A stretch of DNA of 64,000 nucleotides from Eledone cirrhosa (Eukaryota). Below the pieces are notes generated by a model that did not search any database, was not told the origin of the DNA, and saw only the letters and a program-made list of their open reading frames with translations. Below are positions 15,596 through 28,952 of this stretch, piece after piece (position 1 is the first letter of the stretch; each line of letters begins with the position of its first letter). The translations under genes and the position numbers were made by a program. The stretch lies in the NCBI GenBank assembly GCA_964016885.1, contig OZ024741.1:300762001-300826000 (forward strand). The letters are read 5' to 3'.

Positions 15596-18500
15596 ATTAA
15601 TACAAAAACAGAGATAGTTTAAAGCTAAACTCTGACTGGTAACCATCTCACTCAATAAACATTAGGTTATATTTTAATATAAACCCAATTTAAGTGTTTG
15701 GGGTGCTAACAATATGTATTATGTGGAAAAGCTAGTTGTATTATTTTATGAGATATAATTAAAGTTAAAATATATCTCTCTTTCCAAACAATTGTTTCAT
15801 TATAAGTTATCTACAAATTCGGAGAATATTTCCAGTTTATGTAAAAGCCTAATATACATTCATGTAAGAATATATTTAGGTGGGCGCTTATAAATCATCA
15901 GTGGAAGCCCATTAAACTTTGAATGGTTCATAAGGTTTCTGTTTAACATTTTCAGATATAATGCCCCCCAAAAAGAGATGCTCACTTGGTCGTAAAACGA
16001 TGTCTCCAGCTAAACAGAAAAGAAGACGGTTGAATGAGTCGCAGGACGAAACTGAATTGCGATTGTCACAAAGTGCTTTACGTTCAGCAAATAGAAGAGC
16101 TGCTGAAACCGACGACCAGCGTAGAGAGCATCTAGCCAGCAATACATCTTACTGTACTTCGTCGTGTGCTAAGCTTAGTGATTTAGATTGTTCTATCCGT
16201 AATTCCTTGAATGCTGTGACTACTGCTGCAGCTAGAGCTACTGAAAATTAACAGCAAATATCACTTCGTAATTCCCTTAATGCTGTGGCTACTGTCGCTG
16301 CTGGAGCCGAGGAATCGCACTACGATCGCAGTATTAGACTAGAAAAGAACAATCGGCGTAAAGAAACTGCCCGGGGCATAAAAAGTCAAAACAATTCATA
16401 AAGGCTTTTAAAAACTTTCAATTATGATCCAACACTTAACCTCTCGATGCGGCCTGACATACAGATTGGGAATATGAGTTTAACTTGCAAGTTCTGTAGT
16501 GCAAATAAGTGGGTTGGAGAACCACCTGGAATGTGCTGCTCCAATGGCAAGGTTAATTTACTCCCCATAGAGGGCCCACCGCAGCCTTTGAAAGAACTTC
16601 TTACTGGCACAACTCCTAGGTCAAAAGATTTTCTTGAACTCATCAGAAAGTACAATTGTACCTTTCAGATTACCTCTTACGGGGCACGCGTTGTTCGAGA
16701 AGAAGTGTGGATGCCCACATTTAAAGTTCAGGGACAGATATACCATCTAATTGGATCACTCCAGCCTCAAGAAACAGAAAGGTCCGCGTTTCTCCAAATC
16801 TACTTTATAACTGACTACAATAGACAGGCTGACATACGTATTTCTATTATTCCTAAGTCTAATGGCGAGAAAAGTAAATCTGTTGACAAAGACATACTAC
16901 TCGGTCTTCATGAAAACAACAGCTACGTCCAGAGCTTCAAATATGCCTTGGAATCAACACCTGTACCTAACTTCAACATCGTTATTGATGCTGACAAAAG
17001 GCCATCTGGGGAGCATGCTCGCCACTATAACGCCCCCGCATGCAATGAAGTAGCCGTTGTTCTCCATGGAGATCAGGATAAAAAAAGGGACATTGTCATT
17101 AAAAGTCGTGATGATACGCTGCAGGGGATTTGTGAAACGCATCAGTCATACGACAGCCTACAATATCCTCTGCTTTTTGCTTAAGGGGAAGACGGATATC
17201 ATTTCGGCATTCCTCAAAGCAAGTCAAACAATTCTGACGAGACGTTAAACAATCCTGACGAGACGTCAAATAAAAGCGTATCCTGTATGGAGTTTTATAC
17301 CTATCAGACATAATAGTTTTAATCATATTCATAGATCACGAGAGCTTTACCATCAGTTTGCAGTTGATATGGCTGCAAAAATGGTGTCTGAAAGGTTATG
17401 CTTCATTCACACGCATCAGAAACAGTTGTGTTCTGAATGTTACATTCACCTCCGTGATGGCATAAGGAATGATGCAGATCCCCGGAACCTTGGAAATGTG
17501 TGTATCCTTCCCTCTAGCTAAGTTATGGGGCCCCGATACATGTACGAAAGAACGCAGGATGCCATGACGTTTGTGCGCCATTGTGGTCGCCGAGATCTGT
17601 TCATTACATTCACGTGTAATCCGAAATGGGTTGAGATAACCCGTGAACTTTTTCCTGGGAAAAATTATTCGAACAGACATGACCTCATTGCCAGAGTGTT
17701 CAGACTGAAACTGGCTAAACTAATGGCTTTAATCAAAAAGGGTCAGGTATTTGGGGCTGTAAAATGTGACATGTTCACCGACGAATGACAAATGAGGGCT
17801 GCCACGTGCACATATTTTGATTTGGTGAGCTGATAAAATTAATTCAAATGCCATAGACAGCTTCATTTCGTCTGAAATCCATAACCCAGTAACTGACCAG
17901 GAATTACATGACATCGTCAAAGCTAACATGATTCAAGTCCGTGTGCGTCGGGTCATAATGGGCATCACACGTATATGAAAGGGGGTTCGTGTAGTAAGAG
18001 ATACCAAAAAAAATGTGTTGACAAGACCCAGACTGGTGGCGACGGGTACCCCCTGTACAGGCGGAGACCGCCCGAGAACGGTGGCTTCACCACAAAAGAG
18101 GGAGATCAAGTCGACAATAGATGGGTGGTCCCTTACTGCCCGCTTTTCTTGAAGATGTTCAACGCCCATATCAACGTTGAGTTTTGCAACTCCGTCAAGT
18201 CGATAAAATACATATGCAAATATGTAAATAAGGGCTCTGATGCCGCAATGTTCGCATTTCAAGCTCAAAATAGCGGGGACGAGGTCACAGAATACCTGGC
18301 GGGGCGGTACATCAGTAGCAATGAAGCTTTTTGGCACCTATTTGGTTTACCCCTACACCAATGGCAACACGCCATCGTACAACTTGCAGTACATTTGGAA
18401 AATAGGCAAAGGGTTTATTTTACGGACCAAACCGCCTCCAAGTTGGCCGCCGATCCGAAAGAGACCACTCTGACGGATTTATTCAAACTTTGCCAATTCG

Positions 18501-20025
18501 ATACATTTGCGCAAACAATTGTGTATCCCCAGATTCCATCCTACTTTATATGGTAAAAAAACACTTGGGTGCGAAGAAAGTCAGGTCAGGATGTTGAAAG
18601 ACATCCTGGTGTAAAATTTTACAGCTGTCTTGAAATGGTTTACACTGTGCCCCCAAGTCAGCATGAGTGCTTTCATCTACACCTTCTTCTGCATGAAGTT
18701 GTAGGCCCACAAACTTTTCAGGACCTCAAAACTGTTGATGGAGAAATATGTGATGCGTACCGGGAAGCCTGCTTTAAACGTGGTCTTTGGGAAGATGATT
18801 CGCAATGGGATTCCACTTTAGCAGAGGTTGCTTTGTTGAAATCCCCTAAAAGTCTACTGGAACTCTTTGCCATTTTGCTTCAAAAGTGTAAATTGGGTGA
18901 TCCCAAATTTTTATGGGTCAAGTACAGAGACTTCATGTCTGAGGACTTCCTGCGCCTGGGTCATCTGCAGTATCCTTCAGTGGAAATTGGTTACAGCGAC
19001 ATTATCTACAACAGGGCACTCATTGATATCGAGGACACCCTCCTAGACATCGGTGGGAGTGAGTTGGCGACGTATGGCTTGCCGTAAACCGTCAGAGATG
19101 AAGCTAACACGTTGGCCCCGGATTTGTTGTGGGAAACAGCATATCACATCGAATCTCTTTCCCAATACTTAGAAGAAAATGAGCCCAAACTTCTGTCGGA
19201 CCAAAGGTTGGCCTATTTAACTATCATTGACGCGGTTCAAAATCAGACTGGGAGTATTTACTTTCTCGTTGCTCCTAGGGGTACCAGAAAACCTTTTGTA
19301 ACGAAATTGATTCTCGCTAAAATTCGTCACGAGAAAAAAATTGCGTTGGCCGTTGCATCGTCCGGGATCGCTGCTACTTTGCTGCCGGGAGGCAGGACAG
19401 CACATTCAACCTTTAAACTCCCCTTGAATTTAATAAAAACTGAGACACCAACATGCAATATCAGCAAGAGCTCACACGAAGCTCTGGTTCTCAAAATATG
19501 TTGCCTCATTGTTTGGGATGAGTGCACAATGGCACACAAGGGTGCCCTTGAGGCATTGGATATGGCCCTAAAAGACATTAGGGATTCTACGGCTCCTGGG
19601 GGATCATGTTTCTCCCATGGCCAACTTTATGTTGCTTTTTCCCGCATAGGGAGCAGGAATGGACTTTTTGCTTTTACTCCTCAAGGAATGACACGCAATA
19701 TCGTCTACAAAGTGGTGCTATAGATGTTGGTGCAGGTCTTGGAGGTGTTGGAGCTATGACGTCTCGAGAACAATTTCCTGGTAGGGTTACCCATGGAGGA
19801 CAGATCTGACACCCAACGGCATAAGGTCCACCATCTTGCAACTTTGGTCTGCTAAATTCGGTATTTGAAGATTATTAACCCATCATTGATTGTCCAACTT
19901 TTAATAACTGTTTAACTGCTTTATGCACTTAATTGATAAGCTTATTCGCTTTCAAGCCACGTTTACCTGTATGTAACTTGTCATAGTAAATGAACAAACC
20001 CGAGCAACGCCGGGCTAAACTGCTA

Positions 20026-20026
<1 letters not shown>
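15590..20026 (+). mobile_element. Helitron (rolling-circle transposon) between (TA)n tracts; 5' end approximate
   Basis: Contains RepHel coding remnants. A 3' GC hairpin cccgagc-aac-gccggg (19999-20014) is followed by CTAG (20023-20026) and T. Confidence 0.95.
15961..19723 (+). pseudogene. Disrupted Helitron Rep/helicase (HUH-Y2 Rep + PIF1-like SF1B helicase)
   Basis: Zn motif CKFC...MCCSNGK; FKVQGQIYH; YDSLQYPLLF. Rep motifs DLFITFTCNPKW, a frameshifted LPRAHILIW-like HUH and SIKYICKYVNKG. Helicase APRGTRK, ASSGIAATLLPGGRTAHS, IVWDECTM and FSHGQLYVAFSR. Many stops and frameshifts. Confidence 0.95.
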
Positions 20027-20064
<38 letters not shown>

Positions 20065-20094
20065 TAAAATTTCGCTCAACATGGCTGATTACAC

Positions 20095-20505
20095 TAAATG
20101 TAATCTGAGTCTTTCGAATATTAATGATAATATTCGATTCGTTTATGCAAACGACCCACATTTTTAAAGCCATGTCAGTATAATGAGCCCCTTATTCTTG
20201 CACTTATGTTGGCATGTAAAATTGTTTAAAGCCAACATAAGACCAAGAATGAGGGAATATTCTACTGATATGGCTTTAAAAATGAGGCTTGTTTGCATAA
20301 TTGCAAGCGAATCGAATATTATTATTGGGGGATTGGCAGTATCGGTAGAGGGTCGGACGCCATGCTTTCCAGCATAGTTACGTTCCTTTATGTTCTGAGT
20401 TCAAAACCCGCCAAAATAAAGTACCAGTAATGTACTGCCTAATTGTTGGCCTTGTGCCAAAAGTAGAAACAATTATTAATATTCGAGTAACTCAGATTAC
20501 ATTTA
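20095..20505. mobile_element. Fold-back (MITE-like) palindromic element interrupted by a SINE
   Basis: The left arm taaatgtaatctgag...gaatattaatgataatattcgattcg...ttatgttggc pairs with the right arm gccaacataag...gaatcgaatattattatt[SINE]attaatattcgagtaactcagattacattta. Confidence 0.75.
20327..20477 (+). mobile_element. tRNA-derived SINE, internally deleted copy
   Basis: A-box-like tggcagtatcggtag and B-box-like gagttcaaaaccc, then aaataaagtaccagt...ggccttgtgccaaaagtagaaac. Confidence 0.85.
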
Positions 20506-20541
20506 CACACACACACACACACACACATACACACACACACA

Positions 20542-20595
<54 letters not shown>

Positions 20596-20995
20596 GCGTG
20601 AATGTGTGCAAGTTTGTTAGCGTGCATGTGTCCATGCGGGGGTCGCTATTTATTTTTTTTACTAATGTAACACTAGGTTCTCCTTCTTTCATGAACTAAT
20701 TGTTTACTTACTACACGAGAATTCTCTCTCTCTCTCTCACTCTCTCTCTCTCTCGCTCTCTCTCTCTCCCTATTTTTCTCTCTCTCTCTACTTTACTCTC
20801 TCTCACACACACACACATACCGGTACTTCTCCTTGTTTCGAAATATTGTCTATCTTTCCCTACTGGCGGCGTTACCAGTTTCACAAAATTCCACGATATG
20901 TCATCGGCGTCTCCCATTCTATTTCAAGTCAAAAGAAACTTGGCGACGCATGTTATCTATGTTAATTTGTTGTCTGATATGCATCTTTGTATTTA

Positions 20996-21136
<141 letters not shown>

Positions 21137-21191
21137 TTCAAAATATTAACAAATATAGACATTCGTGTGATCAAGTATATTTTATCAAGTA

Positions 21192-21258
21192 TATTTTATT
21201 ATACATATTTCAGAGGTACTGAGCTATCTTCAACAGTACGTCATCATCAGATAAAATA
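21192..21258 (-). ncRNA. Type I hammerhead ribozyme
   Basis: Minus strand: tattttat CTGATGA tgacgtactg-...-cagtacctct GAAA tatgta TA ataaaata (8-bp stem I). A degenerate inverted copy (CTGATGG) is at 24637-24688. Confidence 0.85.
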
Positions 21259-21964
21259 AGATGATGCATGACATACCTTGACTAAGTAGATGGTTAAAAT
21301 TCAGTCATGGCAGTCAATAAGATAGGACAAAACTCAATGTTTATATACCTTAAGATTGAGACATGAAAAAATTACATATAATACAGAGGGTGCGTGTGAG
21401 AAAGCTTATAAAGATACATAATAATAAAGAACTAGTAATATAATATAAACCTACATAACTGTTAGAAATTTAAATAATTTAAATTATTGAAGAAAGAAGA
21501 GTGAAAGACAGAGAGAGAAACAGAAGAGGAAAAAAGAGAATGACTAGAAGTATAGAATTATCTTATACACCAAAGCAAAAGAAAATTGATTAAGGATAGA
21601 GAAAGGAGGAGAATATAAATGTTTATTGTATAACACATAGGGTGGGAGATTTGTACTGTCGTGGATAAATAGCGTGTAATTAGATGATGCAAAAATATAT
21701 ATTTGGGCATAGCTCTGTGAATGAATAATTTCGAATCGTTAAATTATCTCGAAATAATCAATCAATCAAAATATCAAATATATATCTGGGTGTAGTTATA
21801 TGACGGTTTATTTTCGAATCCCTAAGTTAATAAGAAATAGTCAATTAATCAATTATATATATCCCAGCGCATCTGGATGACCGTTAAATTTCGAATCTTT
21901 ATGTTAGTTAGAAATAGTGAATTAATCTAAAGGCATAAGATTTCTGACTATAAAATTTATAAGT

Positions 21965-23020
21965 ATTTATATTATAGTATAATATCATATTTAAAGTGTT
22001 TGCAAACATGAGAAAGAAAATCCAAATTAAATTATATCAAGACATTTTTTTTCTATATTAAAGAAATTTTATATTAAAAAATAATCATTATATAATTTAG
22101 TAAATAATTACAATTATAAATTTAAAATTTAAAATTAGAATGCCCTTAAATATCCAAACCCCATATAAGTGTACTTAAAAAGGATATTATTAAACTAGAT
22201 ATACGCATTTGTCTAAATTTATATAAAGTGTACATTGTTTAAAGTTTAAGACGATATTTGTCAGTTATATATAATATAATAAATATAATTACTGTTAATA
22301 GTGTTAAAAATAAAGTTTTATGTCAAGTATTATATTTAAAAAAATTATTCAACTAGGATCATGTAATACACATATACTATAAATATACAAATCAAACTTC
22401 ATGAATCATAAAACACAGATTCAAAATATGTAAATGAATGGTTTGCAATCCTATAAGTGTCAAATATATAAGCTATATAATTTAAAAAATACAAGAAAAT
22501 TGTTAAGGATTTATATTATAGTATAATATATTTAAAATGTTTGCAAACATGAGAAAGAAAAGACTTAAGATTTTCATCAACCCGAAGGTAATCCAAATTT
22601 AATTATAATAAAAAATTATATTAAAAAATAATCATTATATAATTTACAAAATAATTAACAATTAAGAATGCCCTTAAGTATCCACAGCCCTTATAAATGT
22701 ACTTAAAAAGGATATTATTAAACTAGATATACACATTTGTCTAAATACATACAGAGTATACTGTTTAAAATTTAAGACGATATTAGTCAATTATATACAT
22801 ATAATAAATATAATTACTGTTAATAGTGTTATAAATAAAGTTTTACATCAAGTTAAGTGGAAAGAGTTAGTCGACTAGGATCGTGTACGACACATATACC
22901 ATAAATATATAAATCAAACTTCTTGAATATTAAAACAACATATTCAAAATAAATAAATGAATGGTTTACAATTCCATATAATTGTCAAACATATAAGCTA
23001 TGTAATTTAAAAATACAATA
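21965..23020. repeat. ~545-bp diverged direct duplication inside the PLE 3' region
   Basis: tttatattatagtataatat...tttgcaaacatgagaaagaaaa at ~21966 and ~22510, collinear to ~22495 and ~23020. Confidence 0.85.
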
Positions 23021-24781
23021 AACCCCTAAAAATTAAATGTATTTAAACAATCAAATGATATGCATACTCATCAAAAGATCTTGTTAACAGTCTATATGTT
23101 TATGTAGAACCCTTAATCCAACATTAATCATATCGTAAATAAAAAACAAATATTAGAAGGTTTTATAATCTATTATAGTATCGTTTTACGCACTCAGTTG
23201 ATAATAAACGTCAAAATCAAAACTTATTTATTTAATGTTTTTTTCAATGTTTTTTCCTGACTTTTTGTGAGGCTTGTAATGTAGAAGAAGCTTTATGTAA
23301 GCAATTTGAGAATAATTCACTTTTTTTGTTAATTAAATTATCATAATTAGTAATTATTAATAGGTTCTCCATAGTACAAATATTGCAGTTAGGTTATATT
23401 GAAGAATTCAAGTAGATTTGACCATTACACAGCTTGGCCAAGAAATGGAGTATTTTAAATTTTTGTCTTTTAATGACCATATAAGTTGTGATAAATGGGT
23501 CGATAGTTTCCTATTAGGATTCGAGAAAGAATATTTGTGATTCAAAAATCTTAATTTAAATGTCGATGAAGTTGCACCAATATAGTTGTATGTGGTGTTA
23601 TTTGTTTTTACGGTGCATTTATAGACCAGATTGCTATCCAGACAATTATTTTGCAGAGGGCAATTTGATCTATTTCTACAATTACATTTCGATTTATTGT
23701 TATTACTATAAATTGAACAATTGACATTAACATTGCCAGTACTTGGAAGTGTTCTATAGATTGTGCTTAAATTAATGTTATTGTTATTCCCAGTATTAAT
23801 ATTGCTAGTGTCAATATATTCATTATCTCTATTTGTTTGTTGGTTATGATTTAGAATTCTATTATTTATTTTTGCAATGTTCTGGGCCATATACATAGTT
23901 GTAGAATAAGAAAGCTTAATTGCGTGTCTGTTAAATATGGAACGGTATTTATGTTTTATGGGAAAACATTTATCTAAAGCTTTAAAGAATAGATTTGCCA
24001 GTGGTGTTTTGATTGCTACAGATGCGGGAGGAGCAAACCATATAACTGATTTAGTTCTGATTTTTTCCCCCGATTTATTCACTTTAAGGATTTGAAAATA
24101 AACCGTCATATAACTACACCCAGATATATATTTGATATTTTGACTGATTGATTATTTCTAGATAATTTAACGATTCGAAATTATTCATTCATTAAGCTAT
24201 GCCTAAATATATATTTATATATATATTTTTGCATCATCTAATTATACGCTATTTATCCACGACAATACAAATCTCCCACCCTATGTGTTATACTATAAAA
24301 AAAATGTTCTCCTCCTTTCTCTATCCTTAATCAATTTTCTTTTGCTTTCGTGCATAAGATAATTTCTCTTTTTTCCTCTTCTGTTTCTCTCTCTGTCTTT
24401 CCCTTCTTCTTTCTTCAATAATTTAAATTATTTAAATTTCTAACAGTTATGTAGGTTTATATTATATTAGTAGTTGTTTATTATTATAAGCTTTCTCACA
24501 CGCGTCCTCTGTATTATATGTAATTCTTTCATGTCTCAATCATAAGGTATATAAATATTGAGTTTTGTCCTATCTTATTCACTGCCACAACTGAATTTTA
24601 ACCATCTACTTAGTCACGGTATGTCATGCATCATCTTATTTTATCTGATGGGGACGTACTGTTGAAGTACCTCTGAAATATGTTTAATATTAATAACTCC
24701 GGAAAACCATCACTGTGGATTGCTTCTAATCCATTGTAAAACTGTATTCATTAATTTATTCATTGAACCTTGTTTAACCTT

Positions 24782-24921
<140 letters not shown>

Positions 24922-24944
24922 TACATATAGAGACACACAGTATA

Positions 24945-25235
24945 CACTGAGGATGAAAAACTCAGAGCTGTATGGGTACCTCGCGAAAGTCAGCTCCAAA
25001 GTGACACAGAGGAGATTCAGGTTAGCTGGACATGCTCACCGACATCCAGAGTTGACATTGCACTCAGTACTCCTGTGGGAGACCCTACATGGACGAGGAA
25101 GACCAAGGTTAACGTATGTTTATGCCCTAAGGACGGGAACTGGTCTGTTGGAGAGGCAGGACATGAGAGCGACGAGGGACAGAGACCGCTGGAAAGAACT
25201 TGTCCATGGATCTCGGGAATTTTACCTGCCCTGGA
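24945..25235 (+). mobile_element. 3' fragment of an RTE-clade LINE ORF2
   Basis: ELYG...[15 protein letters not shown]...LLWE...[10 protein letters not shown]...DRDRW is the typical post-RT C-terminus of RTE-type LINEs. Confidence 0.8.
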
Positions 25236-25316
<81 letters not shown>

Positions 25317-25489
25317 CAAATAGTAATAACAAATGTGAAGACAAAAATTCAAAGAGGACTCGATAACAAGATGCCGTTAAGGGTGAAAGCAACGATTCCC
25401 TGCTTAAACTTTAATCTGTTCTTATAATAAATACACATACATACAGCATATATATATATGTGTGTCTGTGTTATATATATATATATGTA

Positions 25490-26747
25490 CTAGCTGCAGT
25501 ACCCGGTAATACGAGGGAAAGGTGGGGTTAATCGCAGCTCCTAGAGTGCGCCTGAAACTGCTAGCGAGCCTGGGTGCCCATACTGGATTTTCAGTAGCAA
25601 CCTTTGCTATATGTGTTTATGGCACTTCAATTTTCTTTTGTGGAACTATCAATAGTTGTTTAAGTCATCAGTCCTTCTTCCATCCAGCTTTCTTCATTCA
25701 GAGTGAATAAGCCGGGGAAGTTTGATCTCGAAGAGTATCGAACTTATTCAACAAACTTATGTTTAGAAATAGCAAACTTGCTGGCTTAGCGCTCAAGAAC
25801 AAACACAAAATCAATTGAGGAAGTCATCACAATTATTGAAGAAATTATAACCGAGTGAACATATTCAGGTACTTTTCAAGCACCCTGTATATCACCATGT
25901 GTAAAGTCCTTCGAATGACCGAATCAATTCAATAAAACCATCCCGTTTTCCCCCTATAGTAAATATAACCCGAGAAAACACACCATAATAAGAAGTGTTG
26001 GCCATAAAGAAAGCCTTGTAACGTTCACTGTTGCAAAGTATCAATAATGGGCGAGAAGTTACATCTTCTTAATTCGTGTTAATCTTCCCACGATCCGACA
26101 CCTTGAAATATCGACATCAAAGACGGCATGTTACATTTAACATGCCGGGAGTACGAATAATCGTCAACATACGATTTGGGTTTTATTCTTCAGACTAATC
26201 TCATGCTAAGCGAACTTCGAGGTCATTGATCATCACACTTTTTTGTAACTTATCACATATTCCTGCAGTTGACCCTAATGTGACCTAAGCGTGTTCACGT
26301 GTTCAGAATCCATATCAGTGGATGTGATATATATATATATATACAGATACATCTGTTAAGTCGTCAACAAAAAATAGATGTTGTCTGCTTTGTTTGAAAT
26401 TTCTTTATGTATATTTCTAATAAGTTGTTGCCTCGTTTTGGAGGACTGAGTTGTGGGAGGAGGAAGGGGTGTAATGGGAGGGAAGGTTTAACATACAGTA
26501 GTAGTATCTCTTCTTCTCCCTCTGTCACTGAAACGTCTTCTCTTTACTCCTTCGTTGTAAAGATGTCCCCAGGAGTTCCATTATTAATTTTTATTGAAAT
26601 CCCATTAGCCAGTCCTGTTTCTGAATATGTGTGTTGCTTAATATGTGTGTAAAGATTCATCAGGATCGGATCACTGGTGTAGGCGTCAACTGGTTATACA
26701 TACAGATACACAGATACACAGACAGACAGAAATTGCCATTTATATAG

Positions 26748-26755
<8 letters not shown>
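25490..26755 (-). mobile_element. Non-autonomous Helitron-like element
   Basis: The minus-strand 3' end has a GC hairpin (ccctcgtattaccggg) then CTAG|T at 25493-25490. The minus-strand start tatactatataaatggcaatttctgtctgtctgtgt resembles Helitron 5' ends with (GTCT)n. TA tracts flank it. Confidence 0.6.
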
Positions 26756-26820
<65 letters not shown>

Positions 26821-28749
26821 GCACATTCCAAATATAATATACACCACATAGTGTATAACTTTAATCACAATATGTAATTGTTTGTGTTATACTGTGAATT
26901 ATTTGGCAAGACATGAAATTTTGACAAATTATTCGATTCGTATATTTTGCAACATGATATACCGCAACATTATGTTTTGAGCACAAACTAGTGAAATATG
27001 TGGTTTTCTAATATTTATGTATACTTTTGAAGAATATGATAAAATGTTTTCTATTCCGTTTTAATTTTTGCAGAGGGAACTACAATTGAAATGAAAAATG
27101 TACTTCATAGGAATATACAATTATTCATAATATTCGCTCTAATAAAATGTTTACATTCCTTATTTTAAAATCTAATTCATTTTATGTAAATAATCATTTT
27201 TAAAATTCAATTGTCGTTGATTTAGTTTTCTGTACAAAACGATATTGCTTAATTCTGTTCACTGAAAATAGTAATAATTCCGTAAAATTGAGCATATATA
27301 ATAAAATACACATACGATGATAAATTATGTAATAACGATTACCACCATCTAAACATTCATCTTAAAGAAACCAATTATTCATACAGTTGTTTAATATAAA
27401 GAACAAAACCAACATCAAATAGTTGCATGAATTAACACATATAGTAGTAAAATAAAAATAAAAGTATTGCAAAATTATTGCAGAATTCTTTAGAGAATTT
27501 AAGACAATAGATTGAGAAATTCCAAATATAGAAACCTTAATAACAATGATAAATATAGGAAGATTTCATTTTTATTACCTTCAGTTACAGAGGAATTTGG
27601 GAGAAAATATAATTTTCATCTAAAATGCAATGGTTATCATGCTATTTAGCATGAGACATAATACAAATATCCAAATGGGTGACTACATTTTTTATGCTCA
27701 ATAATATATATACTTTGTAATGGCACGTTCTGCTCTCTTTAAAAATAGAAGATTATATATATATTCTACTCAACCTTATGTTAAGTAACAATAAGTTTAG
27801 TTAATTAATAATTATATTTTGTTATATTTTTCCATTGCAGAATTTGACAATACTGTATACTTCTGTTATGTCAGAAATTTGCCTCGGGTATGTACAAGGT
27901 CACTATTGCGTTGTTATTGATAAGCATTATATTTTTTGTTTGTTTATTTTTAAATATTATTTTATGCGTGTGGCGTTAATAATCATATTATTGTTCCAAA
28001 GTTGCTTTCAATCCACATTCTAATTTTCTACGCTCTCTTTCTCTCTATACTCCTCACCCTCTCTCTCTCCCTCTTATGTTTTTCGCAATAATATCAATGC
28101 GAATTTCTTTCAACACTATGTCATTGATCACTGTGTACAGGCAGAGAACCTTACTCTGTCATTATCAGTATTGGGATACTGAATGTATTTATACTATTTG
28201 CTTTTTACACGATTTACATTGCATATATCGACATGGTTCGTGGGCCTGCCTGATAACAATCAACATTTTGTGTAACTTCATTTAATTGCAGCATTATGAT
28301 TTCTCCATATTTCCTTTTGTGTGTTCCAGCATCATAAAATTCTATGTAGTAAGGCTTTGCTGTGTATAGCTCAAACTAGTCCCTCAAAAACAAGCGTGTG
28401 ATTCTTATTAACCTCATGGTGGATCCTTCTTGGTATGTCAGTATAATGGAAGAGTTTTATTTCGATTTGTTCAGGTGATATAGTTTAAGATATATTCGTG
28501 TTTAAGATACTTTTTTGTTCAAATCATCATTTCTTTTCCTCTGAGAATTTGATTCTGTTATTTTCAGTCTCTGGCATGTCTATCATACTTAACATGTTCT
28601 GCAGATGTAGGTATTTCATTGTTTTGTATGTTGAGTAGTTATTTCATTTGTAGCAACAGGGCTTATATTTCGGGCGTAATTTAATACATGTCTATGTAAA
28701 ACTGGGTTGTGAAGTTGGAATTGTTGTGATCATATTCTCAATCACATTA

Positions 28750-28952
28750 AAATGGTTTCTTATTAAGGCACAATGTCTGTAATTTAGGGGAGAGAGGGGA
28801 AATTCGATTAAATCGATCCTTGTGAGTGACCTGTACTTTATTTTATCGAACCCGTAAGGATGAAAGGCAAAGCAAACGTCGGCGGGATTTTAACTCAGGC
28901 CTTAAAGGACCGTAACTCTATGCCGCGAAGCATGTTGTCCGATGTTCTACCC
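28750..28952 (-). mobile_element. tRNA-derived SINE, diverged
   Basis: Minus strand gagttaaaatcccgccgacgtttgctttgcctttcatccttacgggttcgataaaataaagtac matches the SINE core at 63323-63510. Confidence 0.8.

Larger units (their letters stand above)
21160..24700 (-). mobile_element. 5'-truncated Hydra-like PLE with inverted pseudo-LTR (24105-24690 inverted versus 21200-21815)
   Basis: ORF 23408-24109 reads IWFAPP...FPIKHKYRSIFNR...LSYS...CNCRNRSNCPL...LVYKCTV...YIGATS. There is an ~600-bp inverted repeat carrying an HHR. Confidence 0.9.

Noticed and set aside
20330-20412. tRNA gene
   Set aside because: The A/B boxes belong to the SINE head; there is no complete cloverleaf.
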